This document shows positions 41,245-51,229 of a DNA stretch of 64,000 nucleotides, piece after piece. This stretch comes from Octopus vulgaris (taxonomy: Eukaryota), in assembly GCA_951406725.2 (NCBI GenBank), contig OX597826.1:57784001-57848000 (forward strand), in the 5' to 3' direction. Below the pieces are notes generated by a model that made no database searches, was not told the origin of the DNA, and saw only the letters and a program-made list of their open reading frames with translations. Every line of letters starts with the position of its first letter. Position 1 is the first letter of the stretch. A program made the translations under genes and the position numbers.

Positions 41245-41500
41245 TGGTCGCAGAGAGAAGCAAAGAAAGGTAGAGCAAGAGGGGAAAAAAAACGGGGCGG
41301 GAAGGAGGGGTGATAAATCGAAAAAAAAAACGGTTTCTTCTATTTGTTTGACAAATCTTTTTTAGCTCCTTCTGCTGACAGAATTACAATTTCTTTATAT
41401 TCTGAAGAATACTTACAACATTGAAAAGTCCACATCACTAGAGAATGTATATATATATTTAAATATCAATGAAAACGCGCGCGCACACTTGCATACGTAT
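41100..41500 (-). promoter_or_regulatory. Possible promoter/5' region
   Basis: GGGGCGGG box (~41294), GA-rich tracts, cgcgcgcgc at ~41476, and a local rise in CpG upstream of the candidate exon. Confidence 0.3.
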
Positions 41501-41513
41501 ATTTGTTACATAC

Positions 41514-41559
<46 letters not shown>

Positions 41560-42364
41560 AAAACCAATTTATTTTCAATGTTATGAAAACAATAATATCA
41601 AAATTGTTTTCAAATTCTTGAATGAAATTCAAATTCCTAGAGCAGAAAATAAATTAGAAAATATTTAATCATTTTAACCCAAAACTATTAACTACTGTTT
41701 AGTAGTTCAATTGATTCCAAAGATTTTTCCATTGCATACTATCAAATACAATTTAATCTATTCCCTTTTTTCGCTAACGAGGTTAATTATTTCATTGTTA
41801 TCGCAGATTTCTTCAAAATTCAGGTAAATGACTCATCGTTGAAGTAATTTAATAAGATGCCAATGAAATAGTGTTAGAGAAAGAAAGAGAAATAGATAAA
41901 TACAGAGAAAAATAAACAAAAACGTGAATTATATTAGGGAAAGATTTGTTAAAAAGGAAACACATTTGAAACCGATTTTCAAAAGAGATTTATTTGTCTG
42001 TCTGTTGCTTTGCTATAATACACACACACACACACACACACGCATGTATGTGTTTGTGTGTGCGAGAGAGTGAGAGAATGAGAGAAAGAAGAAGAAGGAG
42101 AAGAGAGAGAAAGAAGAAGAAGAAGAAGAAGAAGAAGAAGAAGAAGAGAGAGAGAGAGCGTGCGTGTATTACTTATTTTGCAGAGTCGAAGTTATGTCAA
42201 TAATTGGTTTGTACAGGTATTCCATAGCGATGTCAGGATTACCAAGCTATTCGCCACAGCAAACGGTGAGCGAAAACCGATTCGACATCTCTCTCTCTCT
42301 CTCTCCCTCACTCTCTCTCTTTCTCTTGTGTCTCTCACACACCCTACACACATACAGTAAATAC

Positions 42365-42430
42365 ACTCACCTAAATATAGAATAAATAATGAAGATGCAG
42401 AGTAAAAAGAAAGTATGGTACATTAGAAAT
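42365..42430 (-). promoter_or_regulatory. Second candidate recursive splice site (AG|GTGAGT)
   Basis: Minus strand: TTCTAAT branch-like motif, ~50-nt AG-free pyrimidine-rich tract, ttTAG|GTGAGT at 42371/42370. Confidence 0.45.
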
Positions 42431-43003
42431 GGAAGCAATTACTTTGTCATACGTCGTCTGCACGATACAAAACTAACAAGAAAATAGAATCAAGGAATGC
42501 TAACTGAAAATATTAAAAGGAAAAATGGAAAACAACAAAAACAAAGAAAAAAAAAAGAATGTCGACAATAATTTTGATGTGTCCTTCCTTAGTCAGAGAA
42601 GTTGATGGACTCTAAGGCAAAGAAGGCAGTTTGAGGATTTTCATTTGTAGTTGAACGTTCTTTATTCTTTACTTATGGGTTTGTTTTGGATCTATAGAGA
42701 CATGATGAAGTTATAATATCTGCGATGACTCATGACAGATTTCAACCCTAGGTCATAAGGAGCTAAATCACACAAAGATTACACGTACACACTTATAAAC
42801 ACACACACAGCTGAATTAATTAAGAGTGTAAAGTGATATTTCCATTACCAACTGGACTGAGCCCAGTTTTTAGTGAGAACTTAGTCACGCGAATAATATA
42901 TGATAAGAACCAAAAAAAAAAAAAATAATAAATAGTTCACCAAAAGTTTATGGTTAAGGATTCTCATCTGTCTTGCAGGCATCTTTGTGTTGTTAGGAAG
43001 CTC

Positions 43004-43209
43004 GCACGGCAACCCCTTGATTCTGGGTTCGAGCCTACTGCGTGGCATCATGGGCAAATGGCTTCTACTACAGACTAAGTTTGGTTAATAATTTGAGAAT
43101 GGAATGGCACGGCAACCCCTTGATTCTGGGTTCGAACCTACTGCGTGGCATCATGGGCAAATGGCTTCTACTACAGACTAAGTTTGGTTAATAATTTGAG
43201 AATGGAATG
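43004..43209 (+). repeat. 103-bp tandem duplication of a decayed family A SINE head
   Basis: gcacggcaaccccttgattctgggttcga(g/a)cctactgcgtggcatc...gagaatggaatg twice, with 1 mismatch. Confidence 0.93.
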
Positions 43210-43410
43210 GAATATGCATGCGTATGTATGTAAGCAGACACGATTGTGATACACAAAGAGAAGAAAAACCCGACAGCATGTGTATTTTTAATACCCCACT
43301 TCTAGATCCAACGATCTAAATAAGAATATAATGTGACCATGCATAATTTTGGCATTTTTGACTGATGTCTTTCTATTCAAGCACAAAGCCACAAAGGTAT
43401 AGAAAAATAT

Positions 43411-43642
43411 AAGGCGGCGAGCGGGCAGAAACGTTAGCACGCTGGGCGAAATGCGTAGCCGTATTTCGTCTGCCGTTACGTTCTGAATTCAAATTCCGCC
43501 GAGGTCGACTTTGCCTTTCATCCTCTCGGGGTCGGTAAATAAAGTACCAGTTACGCACTGGGGTCAATGTAATCGACTTAATACCTATGTCTGTCCTTGT
43601 TTGTTCCCTCTATGTTTAGCCCCTCGTGGGTAATAAAGAAAT
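43411..43642 (+). mobile_element. SINE family B, full length, 16-bp TSD
   Basis: TSD aggtatagaaaaatat at 43395-43410 and 43643-43658. tRNA-like head and gcctttcatcct..cggggtcg core. Confidence 0.93.
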
Positions 43643-44124
43643 AGGTATAGAAAAATATTGGCCACAATTGGATATAGATGAAAACCGGGCGAGCGAAAAG
43701 CAAAGACAACGCAAGTCTGATTCGAATTTCGAACGCAAATGGATGAGACCAAATATTGTTACGAATTTATCTAGCAAGTCATAATTCCCTCTGTTATTAG
43801 AATAACCATTTCTTACATCAGCACAAGGTCACAAATTCAGAGAAAAAGGAACTAGTATATCGATAGTAACTTTTTTATTATATTTCAGCCAGGCCGCCAA
43901 TGCTGTATTCTCCAACGGGTTTAAATGCAAGGGCAACAAACAATATTGGAGCTTCAATGCAACTTGTTCCTCTTTAGTCTCGCTTGACGATATCCTCATT
44001 AAAAGGTACCTTTTAATGCCTTTTCTCTGCTGGAGCGTAGCAAAAAAAGTTGGGCAACTAACACTGGAGTTGTTTCCCTTGTTTCCATGTCCTAGTCGGC
44101 GCAACATAGGATAACGTTATCAAG

Positions 44125-44357
44125 AAGGCGGCGAGCTGGCAGAAACGTTAGCACGCCGGGCGAAATGCTTTGCGGTATTTCGTCCGCCACTTCGTTCTGA
44201 GTTCAAATTCCGCTGAGGTCGACTTTGCCTTTCATCCTTTCGGGGTCGATAAATTAAGTACCAGTTACGCACTGGGGTCGATGTAATCGACTTAATCAGT
44301 TTGTCTGTTCTTGTTTGTCCCCTCTGTGTTTAGCCCCTTGTGGGTAATAAAGAAATA
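44125..44357 (+). mobile_element. SINE family B, full length, 9-bp TSD
   Basis: TSD gttatcaag at 44116-44124 and 44358-44366. Confidence 0.93.
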
Positions 44358-45287
44358 GTTATCAAGTAGGTTTACAAATTACACCGATCCACCACTCTTA
44401 ATTAAAATGCAGTAAAACTAAAATAAAGCAAATTTAGTATGGTTTGTAAAAGGAAAGAAGCAATGCCGGGAGTTATTATATTCGCATGAAGGTATTTGCT
44501 CAACTTCTTAGCCAAATTATTTTGTGTCATAATGTAAACTTCCGGACTTTTGGATTAAATATTTAACTTTACGTTGCTGATCGCCCGAGATATTACGTCG
44601 TAATCGACAAGGCAGCTTTGACAATAATTGCAGCCTAACACCATATATCTTACTTCTGTACTAGAGTAAATCATCTCTAGTACTTTATAATAATTAAGCA
44701 GGGCTCCCATCACCACCACCGCCGCCATTAACCACCTCCACGCTCTTCTGGCAAGCAATATTTAAAATCCTAATGAGCTGAAGCTGAAATAGTCTGCAGG
44801 TACATTAAGGTAATTAATTAGATCGAGATTTAAAAGCTCATTTCAACCAAACGAAACAGTTCGCCAACAGATACAACTACCACCCCCACCTACCATCCCT
44901 ATCATCACCCCTCCCCCTTCTTCCATACGTCATAATTCATCTTAAAGTTCCAATTACCAATCCTCGCAATGAAAACATCAGTTTTAATCTGTCATTTGAC
45001 AGTGTTTAGTTTGTATAAGCATAACCGATAGCCGCCATACAACTCAGGTAGCATAATGAAAACAAACAAGAACTCACTCATTCACTTATAGTGCTTGCTA
45101 ACCCTGAAAACGTTTTTCGTTTTCCCTTTATAGAATATCTATATATTTCTCTTTCGTCGGCTGCTGTCGCTTGCTAACAGCAACCATACATATCACATAT
45201 ACGCACATGAATATGTATCTGTATGCACATACACTCACACACACAGATACACAACAGACCCTCTCAGTTACCTTAACTCTCTATACT

Positions 45288-45562
45288 CTTTTAATCGAGC
45301 AAATCGACCCCGGAACTTATTCTTTTGCCGAACCGCTAAGTAACGGGGACATAAACACATCAGCATCGGTTGTCAAGCAATACTAGGGGGACAAACACAG
45401 ACACACAAACACACTCATGCATATATATACATACATATATACGACGGGCTTCTTTTCAGTTTCCGTCTCCCAAATCCACACACAAATCCACGCAGTGGGA
45501 CTGAACCCGGAACCATGTGGTTGGTAAACAAGCTACTTACCACACAGCCACTCCTGCGCCTA
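45288..45562 (-). mobile_element. Family A SINE with internal deletions
   Basis: aatcgaccccggaacttattc...gggactgaacccggaaccatgtggttgg...cagccactcctgcgcct. Confidence 0.88.
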
Positions 45563-46051
45563 TGTAATAATTATAACTAAGAGTAACTTTAAGCTAAATT
45601 AGCAGGGAATCTCTCAAAACTTTAGTATCACCACTAAAGATACAGTGCAAATAATGCATGTAAACACACGGTACACTCAATGTTTAGTGTGGTCGCGTTG
45701 TGAACTAGACTGGCGGCTACAAGAATTTCAAATTCCCCTTCGTAATTTAAAGGCGCCGGACTATCAGTTGACAGAAAATCAGTGGCGCGCGCGTGTGCAA
45801 AACACGCACACATATTTATAGAAGCGCATACATAACATAAAAATCATCGCACACGTAGATAATTTAATAAACTAGGTAAGATAGCATATACACTACAGGA
45901 AGAAGTGGAGAAATAGTGGGGCACGCAACAACAAATTGGATAGAATGGGTAAATTCAAGGATATGCAGTTTCTCAGGCAAACAAAGCTTGCAATTGTGTA
46001 TACTCTAAAGGGGTTCTGCAAGTTGATTTCTAAGCTTCTAAATGTAACGAT

Positions 46052-46337
46052 GTGAAGACGCGTGGTTTAGCGGTTAGAGTATTCGGCTCATGATCCTAAC
46101 ATAGTGAGTTCGATTCCTGGCGACGCATTGTGTCATTGAGCAAGACACATTATTTCACGTTGCTCGTGTTTGCTCAGTTGGCAAAATGAGTAATTAAGTA
46201 CTCATCAGGTACTTAATTTATCGACGACGAAAGGCAAAGTCGACCTCGGCGGAATTTGAACTCAGAACATAGCGGCAGGCGAAATACATCTAAGCATTTC
46301 GCCAAACGTGCTAACGATTCTGCCAGCTCGCTGCCTT
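46052..46337. mobile_element. tRNA-like SINE head (+, 46052-46190) abutting a family B SINE (-, 46190-46337)
   Basis: gacgcgtggtttagcggttagag...gagttcgattcctgg...gtgtcattgagcaagacac, followed by the reverse complement of the family B head and core. Confidence 0.7.
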
Positions 46338-46810
46338 ACCTTTGTAAGCGACAGAATGCCTGCAAAATGTAACGAGATTTCCCTGTCTTTTGGATACCAT
46401 TTAGCCAGTGACGACTCGTAGATGAAATTAGTGCGGGTGTTGCTTCAGAAAATGTTTAGCCGTTGTTTTAATATTGTGTAAAAGGAAACAAACATATAAA
46501 AAGAAAATTTATACATAAACTTGATCTGTTCGCGTTTTAGCCACTGCCAGGTGTAAATGTGTCCTATTTTTCAAAAATTTATTGAGGGTTAAACAATTTT
46601 TATATAAACAAAATTCGCTTCGCGGACTGACAGACGTCAGTTTTGTATCCCGTTTATGAATAAAAATTACATTTGTCTATCTTTAAACACCTAACGTTAC
46701 CCCCATTCAACTTCGTTCTGAACTGTTTTGATACTTCTTGTTCACCAAAAGAAGCAGCTTTGCGAGGTCGCTTTTGTGCACTACTGGTAACATATAATCC
46801 AGTGTACGGT

Positions 46811-47186
46811 GTGGAAGCACTCCGTCGGTTACGACGATGAGGGTTCCGGTTGATCCGAATCAACGGAACAGCCTGCTCGTGAAATTAACGTGTAAGTGGC
46901 TGAGCACTCCACAGACACGTGCACCCTTAACGTAGTTCTCGGGGATATTCAGCGTGACACAGAGAGTGACAAGGCCGGCCCCTTGAAATACAGGTACAAC
47001 AGAAACAGGAAGTAAGAGCGAGAGAAAGTTGTGGTGAAAGAGTACAGCAGGGATCACCACCATCCCCTGCCGGAGCCTCGTGGAGCTTTAGGTGTTTTCG
47101 CTCAATAAACACTCACCTGGGAATCGAAACCGCGATCCTATGACCGCGAGTCCGCTGCCCTAACCACTGGGCCATTGCGCCTCCAC
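46811..47186 (-). mobile_element. tRNA-headed SINE (family D), intact, 10-11-bp TSD
   Basis: Minus-strand head GGCGCAATGGCCCAGTGGTTAGG...GGTTTCGATTCCC (A/B boxes). TSD agtgtacggt at 46801-46810 and 47187-47196. Confidence 0.9.
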
Positions 47187-47334
47187 AGTGTACGGTACCA
47201 CTACTAGGGTCGAGTCATCAACGATGAAATTGATATCTTCACTTGGCTGCTCTGGTGTAGAGGGTTGCAAAAGGTCTAACAGAACAAAGTCAAGAACAGC
47301 CAAGCTGCTCTCCCATTTACTTTTGTATCTCGAC

Positions 47335-47494
47335 CACTAGCGTAGCAAGAGTTTGTACTGCCCGAGGCGGCCCTTCTGTTTGCCAACCCCGGACTCCACA
47401 AAAAAACACATATTGCCCATAACAATAGCCTACAAGAGGATGAAAAGAGCCACCCAGGGCAGACCCACCCCACTCCACCCCAGCTACGCTAGTG
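47335..47494. mobile_element. hAT-like MITE (160 bp)
   Basis: Perfect 12-bp TIR cactagcgtagc/gctacgctagtg and perfect 8-bp TSD atctcgac (47327-47334, 47495-47502). Confidence 0.9.
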
Positions 47495-47747
47495 ATCTCG
47501 ACTGTATATTTCTTGCCAGAACATTTATCTAAAAGTAGAGTAGCTAGGGTCCCTTAACCGTGGTGAAGGTGACTTATTTGCGCCAACCTGCTACTTTGTG
47601 ACTAAAAAAAACAAAGATTAGTGGAATAAACTCGGAGGAAAATGAGCTGTGACAGCTTAAAGGGTGGTTTCAGAGACTGGATTTCTGGCAGCTGGAAAGA
47701 GGGACGACTTGGTTTGGTCACAGTAAAGATAGTGATGATACTAAGAA

Positions 47748-47980
47748 AGGCGGCGAGCTGGCAGAAACGTTAGCACGCCGGGCGAAATGCGTAGTCGTAT
47801 TTCGTCTGCCGTTACGTTCTGAGTTCACATTCCGCCGAGGTCTACTTTGCCTTTCATCCTTTCGGGGTCGATAAATAAAGTACCAGTTTCGCACTGGGGT
47901 CGATGTGATCGACTTAATCCGTTCGTCTGTCCTTGTTTGTCCCCTCTATGTTTAGCCCCTTTGTGGGCAATAAAGAAACA
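47748..47980 (+). mobile_element. SINE family B, full length, ~11-12-bp TSD
   Basis: TSD gatactaagaa(a) at 47737 and 47981. Confidence 0.93.
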
Positions 47981-48285
47981 GATACTAAGAAATGTGCATC
48001 CACAACACCATTATAAAATTTTATTGCTCCTAAATCTGAAGCGCTTGTTGTTGCCGTTGCAGCTGCCAGGGCCACATGCGCGTTTATGATGGTAAAATTC
48101 TTCCATTTACATAAATTCTTCGCTCATTAGCATAAACAATAAGTATAATATAGGCACTAACAATGGCAACAATTCTCTGGTCACCTCTATCTTATGTTGC
48201 TGTTGCTCTTTTAAAAAAATAACCATCGAAGATCTACGACTGAAAGAAATCTAGCGAATCAAATGATCCACAGTTGAAGGAAAGG

Positions 48286-48340
48286 ATAGCTATTATCGAA
48301 TTCCGAAAATTCAGAATTTTCGGAATTCGATAATAGCTAT
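48286..48340. repeat. Perfect palindrome, 27-bp arms, 1-nt spacer
   Basis: atagctattatcgaattccgaaaattc-a-gaattttcggaattcgataatagctat. Confidence 0.97.
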
Positions 48341-48666
48341 ACACATGCACACCTTTTCCTATTTAAATTCAGAAAACATCCTACTGGAATATATATTCAT
48401 TTTGATTTTGTGGGATTTAAAAAAAAATTAAAATAAATGCCGCATTTTCATTCAAGCGAGAAATTATATTTTTTACATCTAAAATGGTAATGCAGTTTCA
48501 AAAAAATAAATTCACAAAATAAAAAAATCAGCAAAATAAAGTATTTAGCTTTTTCATCAAGATAGATTTTAATTTCCAAATCATGAACAAATTCTATAGA
48601 GTTAATATTGATAAGTTCAAAGAGGGAAAATTAAACTCCAGCAAAAATAATGATTGGTCCTGCAAT

Positions 48667-48701
48667 ATCTAGGATATCATTACGCTAATGATATCCTAGA
48701 T
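48667..48701. repeat. Perfect inverted repeat, 16-bp arms, 3-nt loop
   Basis: atctaggatatcatta-cgc-taatgatatcctagat. Confidence 0.95.
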
Positions 48702-49140
48702 TCAGCAAGACAGACTATTAGTTTTTCCTGTAATTAAATGTATCAATTTCAAAGTGTGATACGTAGCTAAAAAGGTTCGGTTCCACTACGCGATGGGTAC
48801 CTTGGGTAAGTGATGACTACTATTGACTCGATTTAACCAAAATCGTGTAAAATTTGGTAGAGAGCAACTGTGCAGACACACAGATGTGTGTGCACTTGTC
48901 TGTATCAGCGAGGAATAGCAGAGTCGGTGAGTCGAACAAAAATACCATATGATATTTAGTTACGTTCTATTCTGTAAGGTTAACCTTCCCAATTGTACTT
49001 CCCAGACGAAGTACAGGAATCGATATAACTGTCTAAAATCCGCCTAAGCGGTGCCCCAGCATGGCCATCTTTCAGTGACAGAATCCAGCAAAAGAAAAAA
49101 GTTCATAAGTAGTAGAATTCACTCAATAATTTAAGGAAGT

Positions 49141-49530
49141 AGGCGGCGAGCTGGTGGATACGTTAGCACGCCGGGCGAAATGCTTAGCAGTATTTCGTCT
49201 GTCATAACGTTCTGAGTTCAAATTCCGCTGAGGTCGACTTTGCCTTTCATCCTTTCGAGGTCGATTAAATAAGTACCAGTTACGCACTGGGGTCGATATA
49301 ATCGACTTAATTCGTTTGTCTGTCCTTGTTTGTCCCCTCTATGTTTAGCCCCTTGTAGGAAGTAAATAAAGTGGTATTTCATCTGTTTTTAGAGTTCAAA
49401 TTCCAACAAGGTCGACTTTGCCTTTCATCCTTTCGGGTTCGATAAATTAAGTACCAGTTGCGTACTGGTACCGATCTAATCGACTGTCCCACATCCCGCA
49501 AAATTTCGGACCTTGTGCCTAGAGTAAGAA
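49141..49530 (+). mobile_element. Two head-to-tail family B SINEs with different tails
   Basis: Full copy 49141-49370 (tail ...tttagccccttg...aaataaa), then a 5'-truncated copy 49371-49530 (tail ...aaaatttcggaccttgtgcctagag). Confidence 0.85.
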
Positions 49531-49897
49531 AAAAAAAAGAATAATTCGTTACTTCTAAAGCTTTAACAAACTATCCCATTTCCGATAAATTGAACACTCT
49601 TTCTCTACGGCTTTTCCACATTCAGCATGTACTCTTCAGTAGGTTTAACTGCAAGAACTGTATACCAGAGCTTCAACTCTACTCATGTTTTTCCTTGGTC
49701 TCGCTGCACGATGGTTCCCATTGGCAGTATCAAGCACCTGTTATACCCTTTCTTTTCTTTGTAGGAGAGTTGCACAGATCGCATATTTCCCCTGACTGTA
49801 TGTTCTTGTCAACGCAACACGACTTCCTCTCAACACTGAATTTTTCGCTTTCTCTAAAAACTTTCTTCTCACAATCCCATAATTCTCTTTTCTTTCT

Positions 49898-49961
<64 letters not shown>

Positions 49962-49964
<3 letters not shown>

Positions 49965-51229
49965 GGTTGGCAAGAAAGTAATTTCGGTTTTTTAGTGTGA
50001 AACAAAAGTCATTTTGTTTTTCATACAAAGAATGAACTGTAATCGGTTACATATTTTCCACTTGGTTCAATGACCTTTTGCCATCTTTCTGGCAACTTCA
50101 TGATTCCGGGCTTATAGAACTTCCTGTCCTTATCAGTCAAAGACTGAAGCAAATGCGATTTCAAGTCATCATCATTATTGAAAGTCTTACCATTCAAAGA
50201 ATTTTGCAAACTTCGAAATAAATGACAATCTGATGGTGCAAGGTCAAGACTATACGGTGGATGTGACATTACTTCCCAACCAAGCTCCGATAATTTTTTA
50301 CGAGTTAGCGTTGTCATGGTGGAACACGATCCCTTTACGATTGCCAATTCTGACCGTTTTTCTATGATTGCTTCCTCCAGTTTTATTAGTTGTTGACAAT
50401 AAACATCTGAATTGAACGTCGTCTGGTTCCTTGGAAGCAGCTTAAAATACACAATACCTTTGTAATCTCACCAAATTGACAGCACGGCCTTTTTTTTTTT
50501 ATACAATTCAGCTTTCGATGTGGTTTATGCTGGTTCATTATGCTTGGACCATCATCGTTTTCGATTGATATCATTGTAAACAATCCATCTTTTCATCACC
50601 AGTGACGATTCGTTTCACGAATAGGTCGACTTCATTGCGCTTAAGATGCATATCGCTAATTTTGATTCGTTGTGTCAAGTGAATCTCTTTCAATTTATGT
50701 GGAACCCAAATATCGAGCTTCTTAACCAGTTCAATACATTTTAAGTGATTTTTAATTGTTGAGTGTGATACATTTAACCTCTCTGCAATCTCGCTCAGTT
50801 ATATGACAATCAGATTCAGTTATGGTTTTAAGTCGGTCGTTATCAACTTTAGTAAGTCGACCAGAACGTTGGTCATCTTTGAGTGAAAAAATCTCCAGAA
50901 CTGAATTTTTAAAACCATTTCTGCCATGTGCGTTCTGTTAAGCAATCAACACCATAAGCTTCACATATTTCTTTGTGAGCCTCAGCAGCTTTCTTGCCTT
51001 CACGGAAAGAAAAAAATGCAAAATATGGCGAAAATGTTCGTTTTTGCACTCCATGTTAAAAATGACACTGAACTAACAGCTGTAAACAAAATTACGCGCA
51101 ATTTGCTTCTAACTTAAGCTAAAAGTAACTGCTATTGAATGTCAAAAGAAAAATATCATAACATTAAGAAAAGTTATTAAAAAATCGTAACTATTTGCGA
51201 AAAACGAAATTACTTTCTTGCCAACCCAA
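49962..51229 (-). mobile_element. Full-length defective mariner transposon (~1.27 kb; TIR resembles the cecropia/Hsmar1 type)
   Basis: TIRs tgggttggcaagaaagtaatttcg at 49963 and its reverse complement at ~51205-51228, with TA on the right flank. Confidence 0.95.
50030..51054 (-). pseudogene. mariner DD34D transposase pseudogene
   Basis: ATG at 51054 MECKNEHFRHIL..., WF*KFSSGDFSLKDDQRSGR, WVPHKL, IVTGDEK, HPPYSLDLAPSDCHLFRSLQNSL, GIMKLPERWQKVIE. Several frameshifts and stops. Confidence 0.93.

Noticed and set aside
47111-47125. CCCAG|GTGAGT on the minus strand as a third ratchet point
   Set aside because: It lies within the SINE tRNA head and lacks a real polypyrimidine tract.
47120-47186. 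tRNA gene
   Set aside because: A/B boxes are present but it is the head of a TSD-flanked SINE with no complete acceptor stem. The same applies to the family A and B heads.
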